Source: Acidimicrobiia bacterium (GTDB lineage Bacteria > Actinomycetota > Acidimicrobiia > Spongiisociales > JAHEDJ01). Taken from it: a stretch of 42,107 bases of DNA. Shown piece by piece: positions 33,487-42,107 of this stretch. The notes beneath the pieces are model-generated. The model was not told where the DNA came from. It saw nothing but the letters and a program-made list of their open reading frames with translations, and did no database searches. Every line of letters begins with the position of its first letter. Within the stretch, counting starts at the first letter, position 1. The DNA is taken from assembly GCA_029210695.1 (NCBI GenBank), contig JARGFH010000033.1, positions 1-42,107 of the forward strand. The letters are read 5' to 3'. Made by a program: the position numbers and the translations under genes.

Positions 33487-34458
33487 CTACAGATTGTCCC
33501 CCAGGAAGATCTGAGAGACCGAACTCTCCATGAAGATGGCCTGGATCGCCTCGGCCAGGAGTGGGGCGATGGAGAGCACACGGACTTTGTCGAGGGACTC
33601 GATGCCGGGCGGAGCCGGGATCGTGTTGCTGATCACCAGTTCCTCGATGTCGCTGTGCATGATCCGATCGACGGCCGGTCCGGAGAGTATGCCGTGGGTA
33701 GCGGCGATCGAAACGCTGAGCGCTCCCTTGCTCTTCAGTAACTTCACCGCGTTCACGGCGGTTCCGGCCGTGTCGATGATGTCGTCGACAATGATGGCGT
33801 GGCGACCTTCGACCTTGCCGATCACTGCCAGCGCTTCGGATTCGTTGTGCAGGTCGGCTTCGCGACGCTTGTGAATGAAGGCCACATAGGCGTCGAGTTG
33901 TCTTGCGTATTTCTCGGCCCGTTTCACGCCGCCGGCGTCGGGAGATACGACCGTCGTCGGGCCCTTGAGTCGGTCGCGCAGGTAATCGGTGAAGACCGGG
34001 AGGGCGGTGAGATGGTCGAACGGTTTGTGAATGAACCCCTGGATCTGGCCGGTATGGAGGTCGACGGAGGCGATCCGGTTGGCCCCGGCGGTCATGAACA
34101 TGTCGCCCATCAGCCGGGCGGCGATGGACTCACGCGGCCGCACCTTCTTGTCTTGCCTGGAGTACCCGAAGTACGGCACCACCGCGGTGACCCGGCGGGC
34201 GGACGCCCTCTTCAGGGCGTCGATGGCGATCAACTGCTCCATGATGTGGAAGTTGATCGGATCGCTGTGGCTTTGCAGGATGAAGCAGTCGGTGCCGCGC
34301 ACGCTGTCCGTGGGCCGCACATAGATCTCGCCGTTGGCGAACACCAACCGTTCCAGGCCACCCAGCCGCACACCGAGGAGTTCGGCCACCTCCTCTGCCA
34401 GGGCAGGATTGGCGCTCCCGGTGAACAGCATGAGCCGTTTGCGGCTCACGACCTCCAT
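33487..34458 (-). CDS. prs: Ribose-phosphate pyrophosphokinase
   Basis: FANGE, PYFGYSRQDKK, DLHTGQIQGF, VSPDAGG, IVDDIIDTAGT. ATG 34458 follows a GGAGGG RBS. Confidence 0.97.
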   Translation of the reverse strand: MEVVSRKRLMLFTGSANPALAEEVAELLGVRLGGLERLVFANGEIYVRPTDSVRGTDCFILQSHSDPINFHIMEQLIAIDALKRASARRVTAVVPYFGYSRQDKKVRPRESIAARLMGDMFMTAGANRIASVDLHTGQIQGFIHKPFDHLTALPVFTDYLRDRLKGPTTVVSPDAGGVKRAEKYARQLDAYVAFIHKRREADLHNESEALAVIGKVEGRHAIIVDDIIDTAGTAVNAVKLLKSKGALSVSIAATHGILSGPAVDRIMHSDIEELVISNTIPAPPGIESLDKVRVLSIAPLLAEAIQAIFMESSVSQIFLGDNL

Positions 34459-34459
34459 A

Positions 34460-35851
34460 TCAGCCCTCCTCGAGCTTGCGACGGTGTCTTTCCCGCCGCC
34501 GGTCAGCGTAGCCCGGGATCTCCTTCTGCTGCGAGCGCTCGATGGCGAGGGCTCCGTCGGCAACGTCGCTGCTGATGACCGATCCGGCTGCGGTGAAGGC
34601 GCCCTCACCGATGGTCACCGGCGCAATCAGCATGGTGTCCGATCCGACCCTGGCTCCGTCTTTGATGACGGTGCGATGCTTGTCGTATCCGTCGTAGTTC
34701 ACGGTGATGGTGCCTGCCCCGACGTTGGCGCCGACGCCCACTTCCACGTCACCCATATAGGAGAGGTGAGGAACCTTCGACCCCTCGCCGATGACGGCGT
34801 TCTTCATCTCGACGAAAGTGCCGGCCTTCGAGCGAGGTCCCAACAGGGTTCCCGGCCGCAGCGAAACGTAGGGTCCCACTTCGGCCTCGGCGCCGATCTC
34901 GGCCTGGCGCACGACGGCGTACCAAACATGGGCGCCCGGTCCGACCGTGCCGTCCTGGATGTAGGTGTCCGGCCCGATCTGTGCGCCGGCGCCCACCCGG
35001 GTAACCCCCTCCAGATGGACACCGGGGTACAACCTGACTCCGGCTTCGAGTTGAACGGTGGCGTCGATGAACACCTGCCGGGGATCGGCCATCCAGACGC
35101 CGGAGTCCATCCACCCCTCGTTGATGCGCTGGCGCATCAACGCCGCAACTTCGGCCAGTTGCGCCTGGCTGTTGACTCCTGAGAGCTCCACCGGATCCAC
35201 TTGCACAGCACGGATGGGCAGGTGCTCTGCGGCCAACAGGGCCAGCACGTCCGGCAGGTAGTACTCGCCCTGGGCGTTGTCGCGGTCGAGCTTGCCGAGG
35301 GCCTGGGTCAGACTCGCTCCGTCGAAAACGTAGATGCCGGAGTTGACTTCATCGACGGTCAACTCCTCGGCGGTGGCATCCCGATGCTCAACGATCCCGG
35401 TGACGTTGCCGCCGGCTTCTCGCAGCACCCGTCCGTACCCGGACGGATCAGCAAGGCGCATGGTCAACATCGAAACGGCCGGTCGGTCCTTCTGATGGAC
35501 GTCCAGGAGTTCCCGAAGGGTTTCCGTGCGTAGCAGCGGCGTGTCGCCGGGCAGCACGAGCACTGCTTCGCCGTCGACATCGCCGAAATGGTCGATCGCC
35601 ACCTGGGTGGCGTGTCCGGTTCCCAACTGCTCATCTTGCACACAGCTGGTAACCGTTACGGGAAGGGAAGCGCGCAATTCGGCGGCGTCCGGCGCAACCA
35701 CCACGGTCACGTGGTCGGCTCCGATGCCGTCGACGGCGTCGAGGACCCACCCCACCATCGTGCGACCGGCCACCCGGTGCATGACTTTGGGAAGGCTCGA
35801 CTTCATCCGGGTACCTTGCCCGGCGGCCAAGATCGCCACCCTCACGCCCAT
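34460..35851 (-). CDS. glmU: Bifunctional UDP-GlcNAc pyrophosphorylase / GlcN-1-P acetyltransferase
   Basis: LAAGQGTRMKS, QLGTGHA, GYGR, NAQGEYYL, hexapeptide repeats, HLSYMGD, NYDG. Confidence 0.97.
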   Translation of the reverse strand: MGVRVAILAAGQGTRMKSSLPKVMHRVAGRTMVGWVLDAVDGIGADHVTVVVAPDAAELRASLPVTVTSCVQDEQLGTGHATQVAIDHFGDVDGEAVLVLPGDTPLLRTETLRELLDVHQKDRPAVSMLTMRLADPSGYGRVLREAGGNVTGIVEHRDATAEELTVDEVNSGIYVFDGASLTQALGKLDRDNAQGEYYLPDVLALLAAEHLPIRAVQVDPVELSGVNSQAQLAEVAALMRQRINEGWMDSGVWMADPRQVFIDATVQLEAGVRLYPGVHLEGVTRVGAGAQIGPDTYIQDGTVGPGAHVWYAVVRQAEIGAEAEVGPYVSLRPGTLLGPRSKAGTFVEMKNAVIGEGSKVPHLSYMGDVEVGVGANVGAGTITVNYDGYDKHRTVIKDGARVGSDTMLIAPVTIGEGAFTAAGSVISSDVADGALAIERSQQKEIPGYADRRRERHRRKLEEG

Positions 35852-35870
35852 GCGCGCTTCCTCCTTTTCG

Positions 35871-35942
35871 CTGGGGGGACAGGAATCGAACCCGTACTAA
35901 CGGGACCAAAACCCGTCGTGCTGCCAGTTACACCACCCCCCA
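35871..35942 (-). tRNA. tRNA-Gln(TTG)
   Basis: TGGGGGG/CCCCCCA acceptor, anticodon arm ACGGG-TTTTGGT-CCCGT, GGTTCGATTCC; usual position upstream of glmU. Confidence 0.96.
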
Positions 35943-35980
35943 TGGGCAGTGCCGCCGAGGCGGCTAACGGCAGGGTCATG

Positions 35981-36820
35981 TTACCCGTCGTCGACCAGGC
36001 GGGCTCCGTGGCGGAGTGGGGCCGCCGCTCCGGCGTATCGGGAACCCGGCGGGACGAGATCTACAGCCTCACGCGCCTCTTCTTCAGAGCCGAAGAAGCC
36101 GAACAACGACGGCCCGCTCCCCGACATCAGCACCGGCCTGCTCCAGCGTCCGGCCAGCTCGGCCCGCCAATCATCGAGCTGCGGAGCCAGCGCTACCGCG
36201 GCCGGATAGAGATCGTTCACGAACGGCCCGAGGGGTCGCAACGACGGAGGCAGATCAGATCCGGCCACCATGAAGCCCCGTGGTTGTTCGAGTCGATCCC
36301 ATGTGTCGTATACGGCCGGTGTCGACAGGTCGAACGGCGGAACCACCAGCGCCAGGTGATAGCCGCCCGCCGGGGTGAGGGCCGTCAGGATCTCCCCGTA
36401 TCCCTCCATGCGCGCCAACCCGCCGGCGAGGAAGAACGGCACGTCGGCCCCGATTCCCGCCGCCAGCGCGGCCGGATCCTCGACCGTGAAGAGGGCCGCC
36501 ATCGCCAGCAAGGCAGCCGCCGCATCGGAGCTGCCGCCGCCGAGGCCGGCCGCGGTCGGGATTTCTTTGACGAGCTTGATGTGAAGGCCGCGCTTGCGGT
36601 CGGGCACTGCGGCCCGCACTGCCTTCCATATGAGGTTGTCATCGTCGACCTGTAGCCGAATGCCTCTGATGTCGAGCAGGTCATCGTCGGCAGGTTCGAA
36701 GAACAGCGTGTCGAGCGGCTCGATCGCCTGGACGACCGACAACAAAGGGTGATAGCCACTCTCAGCACGGCTGCGGACCCGCAGGCTGAGGTTGACCTTG
36801 GCAGGTGTTTCGATCTTCAC
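35981..36820 (-). CDS. ispE: 4-diphosphocytidyl-2-C-methyl-D-erythritol kinase
   Basis: PAKVNL, KEIPTAAGLGGGSSDAAA, GADVPF, NDL, MSGSGP. Confidence 0.96.
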   Translation of the reverse strand: MKIETPAKVNLSLRVRSRAESGYHPLLSVVQAIEPLDTLFFEPADDDLLDIRGIRLQVDDDNLIWKAVRAAVPDRKRGLHIKLVKEIPTAAGLGGGSSDAAAALLAMAALFTVEDPAALAAGIGADVPFFLAGGLARMEGYGEILTALTPAGGYHLALVVPPFDLSTPAVYDTWDRLEQPRGFMVAGSDLPPSLRPLGPFVNDLYPAAVALAPQLDDWRAELAGRWSRPVLMSGSGPSLFGFFGSEEEAREAVDLVPPGSRYAGAAAPLRHGARLVDDG

Positions 36821-37629
36821 GAGGAGACCCTGGCCAGGGCCAGCCAGTCCCCGGTGGACAACGACTCTGCGCGCTGTGTCGGATCAATTCCGGCGGCCTC
36901 ACAGGCGACGATCGGATCGTCCACCGCTCCCTTCAACGATGACCTGAGCATCTTCCTGCGCTGCGAGAACCCCGCCGCCGCCAACTCGATGGCCCGCTCC
37001 GCTTGCTCGTCGACCTCATCCCGACGTTGGATTCGGATAACTGCGGAGGCCACCTGCGGTGCAGGAACAAACACGTGAGGAGGGACCGTAAACTCCATCT
37101 TGATGCCGGCGTACAGGTTGACAACGACCGTTGGCAGGCCGTACTGCTTGCCGCCGGGATTCGCCGTCATCCGGTCGGCCACTTCCCGCTGGACCATCAC
37201 CACGAACGTATGGATCGCCGGTGCAAAGCGGAGGAAATCGAGGACCAGCGGGGTCCCGACGTGATACGGGAGGTTGGCCACGAGCGTCCACTCCCCATCG
37301 AGACCGGCAACGTCGAGGCTACGAGCGTCCTCCATCCGGATCTCCACGTTGGATAGGTCGCCGACCGATTCCTCGAGCAGCGGCCGCAGATGGTAATCCA
37401 CCTCATAGGCGACCACCCGGGCGCCGGTGGCGGCCAGCCCGCGAGTGAGCGTCCCGGTTCCTGCTCCCACCTCGAGCACGTTGGAGGTGGCATCAACCCC
37501 GCTCAGCCGAACGATGCGCCGCACGATGTTGGGGTCGGCGAGGAAGTGCTGTCCGAGCGTGGTCCTGGGCGAGAGACCGTGTTTGTCGAGCAGGTCTCGC
37601 ATTTCGCGCCGCCCTTGTGGTTCCGTCAC
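36817..37629 (-). CDS. rsmA: 16S rRNA m6,2A dimethyltransferase (KsgA)
   Basis: LGQHFL, VLEVGAGTG, ANLPY, MVQREVADR, QRRKMLR. GTG overlaps the tatD stop. Confidence 0.96.
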   Translation of the reverse strand: MTEPQGRREMRDLLDKHGLSPRTTLGQHFLADPNIVRRIVRLSGVDATSNVLEVGAGTGTLTRGLAATGARVVAYEVDYHLRPLLEESVGDLSNVEIRMEDARSLDVAGLDGEWTLVANLPYHVGTPLVLDFLRFAPAIHTFVVMVQREVADRMTANPGGKQYGLPTVVVNLYAGIKMEFTVPPHVFVPAPQVASAVIRIQRRDEVDEQAERAIELAAAGFSQRRKMLRSSLKGAVDDPIVACEAAGIDPTQRAESLSTGDWLALARVSS

Positions 37630-38378
37630 GGCCTGAAGATCCCGGCAGCCGTGGTGGAGGTGATGCGCGCCACCTCGTCGACCTCGAGACCCCATACCTT
37701 CGCCAGGGCCGCCCCGACCAGGGCAACCCGGGCCGGCTCGTTGTCCTCGTGGCGGAATGGGGGCGGTGAGAGGTAGGGAGTGTCGGTCTCGACCAGTGCC
37801 CGGCCGGGTGGGACGACGGCCGCGGCCCTGCGCACCGTGTCACCGGTTTCAAAGGCGATCGGCCCGGCAAACGAGAAGGTCACACCCAGTTCCATGAATC
37901 GTTTCGTCCACTTCGGTCCGCCCGTCCAGCAATGCAGCACGGTCTGGCGCCCCGCCGCCAGTTCGTCGATTATCTGGAACGCTTCCTTGAACGCATCGCG
38001 AACATGGACGACGAGCGGCTTTCCGAGTTCGAGCCCCACCCGGATCTGATCGCGAAACGCCTGTATCTGCTGGTCACGGGGCGAGAGATCCCGATAGAAG
38101 TCGAGCCCGATCTCCCCCACCGCCGCCGCCCTCTCGAAGAAGGCGGCGAGACCGGCGCGCTCCTCCGGCCATTTGCCTGCGTCGTGGGGATGCAGACCAG
38201 CCGTGAACAGGAGCCGCTCCGGATACTGCTCGACGAGGTGTTCGGCTGCGGCCGTGGAAGCGAGGTCGATTCCCGGAACTACGATCCACGCCACCTCGGC
38301 GGCGCGTTCGAGCAGATCGCTCACCGGCTGCGAGCCAAGTTGCAGGTGACAGTGGGTGTCAACCCAACGGTATGTCAT
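37626..38378 (-). CDS. tatD: TatD family hydrolase
   Basis: DTHCHL, GLHPH, GEIGLDF, HVRDA, HCW, ETDTPYL, NEP. TACGCT 7 nt before the ATG. Confidence 0.93.
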   Translation of the reverse strand: MTYRWVDTHCHLQLGSQPVSDLLERAAEVAWIVVPGIDLASTAAAEHLVEQYPERLLFTAGLHPHDAGKWPEERAGLAAFFERAAAVGEIGLDFYRDLSPRDQQIQAFRDQIRVGLELGKPLVVHVRDAFKEAFQIIDELAAGRQTVLHCWTGGPKWTKRFMELGVTFSFAGPIAFETGDTVRRAAAVVPPGRALVETDTPYLSPPPFRHEDNEPARVALVGAALAKVWGLEVDEVARITSTTAAGIFRP

Positions 38379-38505
38379 CAACGGGAGCGTAGTGGTGCAG
38401 AAGAAGTTGGAAGCCTCCGCCATGTGGTCGGCTACACTTCCCCGAGAGGGGAAGACTCGGCCGCCGCGCAGGGTGCGACGGCCACCACACCAATCGTGAG
38501 GTGCC

Positions 38506-38739
38506 ATGGATACAGGCATGACCCGGAAAATCGATGACCTCGGCCGCATCGTCATCCCGGCCGAAACCCGGCGGCTCTTCAAGATTCGAGAAGGCGACTA
38601 CCTGACAATCGCCGTCGACGGTGACAGCATCGTCATCAAGAAACTCGAAGCGACGTGCACGTTTTGCGGTTCGACCGAAGACGTCAGCGCGTTCAAGGGC
38701 AAAGGCCTCTGCGCGACCTGCCGGAGCGAAATCGCCTAG
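38506..38739 (+). CDS. AbrB/MazE/SpoVT-family regulator with C-terminal Cys4 ribbon (AbrB-like)
   Basis: TGMTRKIDDLGRIVIPAETRR, CTFC...CATC; GAGGTG RBS. Confidence 0.92.
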   Translation: MDTGMTRKIDDLGRIVIPAETRRLFKIREGDYLTIAVDGDSIVIKKLEATCTFCGSTEDVSAFKGKGLCATCRSEIA

Positions 38740-38763
38740 CGAATCCTCAACCAGTCAGGTCCG

Positions 38764-39594
38764 CTAGCGGCTCTCCGCTGAGTGAACGGCCTCGTAAATG
38801 AGACGTCGGGCCACTCCCGTTTCGTCGGCGGCGCGCCGGGCTGCGTCGGCCGACGACATCCCGGCCTCGATGAGCCCTCGGGCGATGCGCGTTGCTTCTT
38901 CCAATGATGGAACCGGCGCGGTCGCCCCGCCGATCACGATCGTGAATTCGCCCCTGGCCTCCCGCGCCGACCATTCGCCCAGGCCGTCACCGAGGCTGCC
39001 GCGCCAGACCTCCTCGTGCAGTTTGGTCAGCTCTCGCAGCACCGCCATCGGCCGTTCGGCGCCCAGCGCAGCCGCGAGATCTTCCAGATCCGCCGCCAGC
39101 CGGGACGGTGCGACAAACAACACCGTCGTCCGCTCCTCGCCGGCGAGTGCCTCGAGGCGCCGGCGGCGCTCGGCGCCCTTGCGCGGCAAGAACCCTTCGA
39201 ATACGAACCGCTCCGAGGGCAAACCACTCAGGGCAACGGCCATCGTGGCTGCGCTGGGTCCGGGAATGGCGGTGACCAGTGCACCGACTTCCACCGCCAC
39301 TCGCACCGCCGAGAGGCCTGGGTCGGAGATGCCCGGCATTCCTGCGTCGGTGAGGAGCGCCACCGTCTCTCCCCGGGTGAGCCGGTCCACCAGTTCATCC
39401 CGGCGACTGGTTTCATTGCCGGCGAAGTAGGACCGCATCGGTACGGCAGCCCCGGCCGCGTCGAGGAGCACCCGGGATCTGCGGGTGTCTTCGGCGAATA
39501 CGACATCGGCGGAACAAAGTGTTTCGATCAGCCGTTGCGACATGTCGCCGAGATTCCCGATCGGGGTGGCGCATAGAACCAACACGCCGCTCAT
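38764..39594 (-). CDS. rsmI: 16S rRNA (cytidine1402-2'-O)-methyltransferase
   Basis: ATPIGNLGD, AEDTR, DAGMPGISDPG, FEGFLPRK, RELTKLHEE. Confidence 0.96.
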   Translation of the reverse strand: MSGVLVLCATPIGNLGDMSQRLIETLCSADVVFAEDTRRSRVLLDAAGAAVPMRSYFAGNETSRRDELVDRLTRGETVALLTDAGMPGISDPGLSAVRVAVEVGALVTAIPGPSAATMAVALSGLPSERFVFEGFLPRKGAERRRRLEALAGEERTTVLFVAPSRLAADLEDLAAALGAERPMAVLRELTKLHEEVWRGSLGDGLGEWSAREARGEFTIVIGGATAPVPSLEEATRIARGLIEAGMSSADAARRAADETGVARRLIYEAVHSAESR

Positions 39595-40874
39595 GGCAAC
39601 AACTGCTCCACGAAGCCTTCCCCAACCTCTGGGTCGGTCGCAACAACGAATCGAATGGTCGGCCCGTCGAGGCGGACGACTGCGAAATCCTCACCGGCCA
39701 CCTCGAGGTACCCGTCGTCGGTGTCAACGACCTCGCCGGCGATCTGCTGAACGACGAACGCCACCAGAGTCTCGAACATCTCTGTTGCGTCGACCGACGA
39801 GTCGGCAACGTAGGCCAGATCGAACACGATCTCACCACCGCCATCCCACAACAGGCGATATTCGTCGCCACCCCACCCGACGGCGGCCGCAGTGGCCGTC
39901 TGATCGTCGAGTGCCTGACCGAACATCGCTCGGAATGCCGCCTGACCCCACACCGAAGTCTCGGAGATGCCGTACCCCGCCGGGACGAAGTTGTCCGTCT
40001 CCACCTCCTTGGGTGGCTCACCGACCATGAAGTCGGCCGGGTGGTAGATCTGCTCGGTTGTGGTCGGCGCCGCTGAATAGAGGTCGTTGACGGCCTCGAA
40101 TCCGTCCACCTCCCACACGGCCGTGACGAAATCCGACCCGGTGGTGTAGGGGAACAGCAGGAGTTCCTGGATGAAGCGGGGAGTCCGGTCGAACACTCCG
40201 GTCTCGATCTCCATGGCGGCATCGAGTACTTCGAGTTGATCGTCCCGGGAGCGCGAACCGAGATACAACGTCTCGGTGAGGGTGGCGTCTCCCTCAATCA
40301 CTGCCGTGAACGCCGCCATTTCTTCGAACCTCTGTGCCTCGTCGAGGTCGATGATGAGATCGGCAAAGCCGAAATGCTGGTCGGTGAGCGCATGGGTGAG
40401 TTCGTGGACCAGGGTCAGCCGCTGCAACTGCGACAGCGCACCGTCGCCGAACGGCACGACCAGTTCACCGGTCTCTCCGTCGTAGAACCCGGCGACCTGC
40501 TCCGAGTAGAGGTCGGTGTACAGATCGGCCAGGTCCGTAGCCGCCCCGATCAGGCCGAGGGCGACGAGCAGCAGTTCATCCCGACGGGTCTCGTTCGGGT
40601 CGAGTTCGTCTTCGATCAACGTGCGCACCCGTTCGGCCAGTTCCGCTTCGGTGACGAGGACGACGTTTGGAGGTGCCACGAACTGGAGTTGGCGGATATC
40701 TTCGGTCACCGCGGTCAAGTCCTCGATGGCCAGCAGCAACGGGTCCGGCGCAATGGTGGAAGTGGTCGAGGTTGAGAGCGGAGCGTCCGGCGGCAATGTG
40801 GTGGACACCCCGGCGCCGCTACAAGAGGCGGTGACCACGAGGAGAACAACGGCGGCGGCGCGAACACGGAACAC
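39591..40874 (-). CDS. Lipoprotein, putative zincin-like metallopeptidase
   Basis: Lipobox VTASC, AGFYD, HELTHALTDQHF (HExxH), distal EGDA, FPY. Confidence 0.78.
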   Translation of the reverse strand: MFRVRAAAVVLLVVTASCSGAGVSTTLPPDAPLSTSTTSTIAPDPLLLAIEDLTAVTEDIRQLQFVAPPNVVLVTEAELAERVRTLIEDELDPNETRRDELLLVALGLIGAATDLADLYTDLYSEQVAGFYDGETGELVVPFGDGALSQLQRLTLVHELTHALTDQHFGFADLIIDLDEAQRFEEMAAFTAVIEGDATLTETLYLGSRSRDDQLEVLDAAMEIETGVFDRTPRFIQELLLFPYTTGSDFVTAVWEVDGFEAVNDLYSAAPTTTEQIYHPADFMVGEPPKEVETDNFVPAGYGISETSVWGQAAFRAMFGQALDDQTATAAAVGWGGDEYRLLWDGGGEIVFDLAYVADSSVDATEMFETLVAFVVQQIAGEVVDTDDGYLEVAGEDFAVVRLDGPTIRFVVATDPEVGEGFVEQLLP

Positions 40875-40957
40875 GCCGGGAGGTTAGCCACCGCATGTCT
40901 GTTTGAGATCATGGCCGGGCAGCGGCCCCGAGCCACCGGCCGGTTGACTCCGGGCGC

Positions 40958-40990
40958 GGAAGTGCCCAGCTGGGGGAGCCGGGCACTTCC
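40958..40990 (-). terminator. Hairpin, probable terminator of the truncated minus-strand gene
   Basis: GGAAGTGCCC...GGGCACTTCC 10-bp perfect stem, about 32 nt past the TAG at 41023. Confidence 0.6.
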
Positions 40991-41022
40991 TCCTGGAAAA
41001 CCTCACTTTCAGCGTGACCGAC

Positions 41023-41121
41023 CTACCCGCCTTCGGATACTTTGACATTGGTAATCGTCGAGTTGCCTTTGATCAGCCCGGAATCGTGGTCGTTGACAAA
41101 GATCAGATGGCTAAACGTCCC
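41023..41121 (-). pseudogene. 3' remnant of a gene (GTFSHLIFVNDHDSGLIKGNSTITNVKVSEGG*)
   Basis: Protein-like beta-strand pattern ending at TAG and followed by a hairpin; runs directly into CDF sequence on the other strand. Confidence 0.5.
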
Positions 41122-41683
41122 GTGGGTCATCACAGCCGGTTTCGTCGGGGCGCTGGGAAATGAGCTCGTCGCCCGCTATCGCATCAGAGTGGGAACCGCG
41201 ATCGGCTCTGAGGCATTGATTACCGATGGTCGCCATGCCCGAACCGACGCGTTGACTTCCCTGGCGGTGGTTGCCGCTGGGATCGGGGCCGCCTTTGGCG
41301 CGGCGTGGGTCGATCCGGCCGCCGGTTTCGTCGTTGCTGGTGCCATCCTGTGGCTGATGGCTAGATCGGCGAAGCGCATGACGCGTCGAGTGCTAGACGG
41401 GATTGAGCCGGAGATCGTCGATGAGGTCGAGGCGACCATCCGCGCAGTGGCCGGCGTAGAGGATGTAGCAGATCTGCGGGTTCGCTGGCACGGCCATCAG
41501 CTCCGCATCGCTGCCGCGATCTCGGTCGACGCCACCGTGACGGTCAAAGCGGGGCACGACACCGCCCACGATGTCGAGCACGCACTACATCATCGGTTTA
41601 GCTTCCCGATCACTGCACTCATCCATGTCGATCCCCACGGCCAGGCCGACGCCCACGACGGAACCGCCCACCACCAGAGTTAA
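41120..41683 (+). pseudogene. 5'-truncated cation diffusion facilitator (CDF) transporter
   Basis: GNELVARYRIRVG, SEALITDGRHARTD (HxxxD), DP, LDGIEP, RVRWHGH, IHVDP and His-rich tail. The N-terminal TM helices are missing. Confidence 0.8.
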
Positions 41684-41724
41684 CCCAACACCACACCGGA
41701 TTCACCGCACATGTAAGTGACTTC

Positions 41725-42107
41725 GGTGGCTGATCACTGCCGGGTCCTGGGTGCATGATGCATCCTGGCTGGTCCGGGTGGAGGCGCCTTTGACCGCACT
41801 GAGGGATCCGCTCGATGGCGGGGAGCCTCGTTGGTCTGTTTGCCTTTGCCGGGCCCGTCACGGGTGACCCGATTGAGGGAAGTGGGGCGGACCGGCGAGT
41901 TCGGCCCCAGTTGCAGCACATGTGTGGGATCCGCGGCGTGGTGTCGTGGCTGAGGAACGTGGGACCGTGGCGTTTTGTGTCTTCTGCCAGGAGCGGCCGA
42001 AAGTCGGAGAAGCTCGTGCAGAAGGAGGAGACGGTCATGAATGAGGTGGCCTATCGGAGGCTGGTGGGGATCGATCTGGGTATCGCTACTGCCCACACCG
42101 CGCAGGT
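41725..42107 (+). mobile_element. IS110-family element, left end and transposase start (partial)
   Basis: About 310-nt structured non-coding region followed by AGGAGG RBS and an IS110-type N-terminus. Left boundary approximate. Confidence 0.7.
42037..42107 (+). CDS. IS110-family transposase, 5' fragment
   Basis: MNEVAYRRLVGIDLGIATAHTAQ: the GID motif carries the first catalytic Asp of the DEDD RuvC-like domain. Runs off the window. Confidence 0.72.
   Translation, partial: MNEVAYRRLVGIDLGIATAHTAQ

Noticed and set aside
38506..38739. AbrB/MazE protein as antitoxin of a toxin-antitoxin pair
   Set aside because: No adjacent toxin ORF; the sequence and Cys4 tail match transition-state-regulator-like AbrB.

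Overview
High-GC actinobacterial chromosome segment; gene content suggests an Acidimicrobiia-like MAG (inference). It appears to be bounded by IS sequence at both ends: a probable ISL3 right end at 1-75 and the 5' end of an IS110 element from about 41725. Housekeeping blocks are hom-thrC-rho-rpmE-DUF1385-prfA, lysA with tRNA-Arg(CCG), and rsmI-abrB-like-tatD-rsmA-ispE-tRNA-Gln(TTG)-glmU-prs. Between them lie (i) a ~3950-aa sortase-anchored (LARTG) Ig/cadherin-repeat surface protein, (ii) Ku and an ATP-dependent ligase flanking a plasmid-type ParA plus double ribbon-helix-helix cassette with three 11-bp upstream repeats, (iii) whiB1 with a perfect CRP/GlxR box, and (iv) the best candidate for an undescribed system: a minimal type VII secretion operon (two WXG100 genes and one EccC/EssC-like ATPase) sharing a back-to-back promoter with a LysM gene and a TcpC/VirB8-like gene. 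Small-scale features include heptamer repeat arrays, a CTAG-flanked MITE inserted into one of them, a deletion junction between two truncated genes, and a scaffold-gap artefact in the giant gene. All family assignments come from motif recognition, not database searches.
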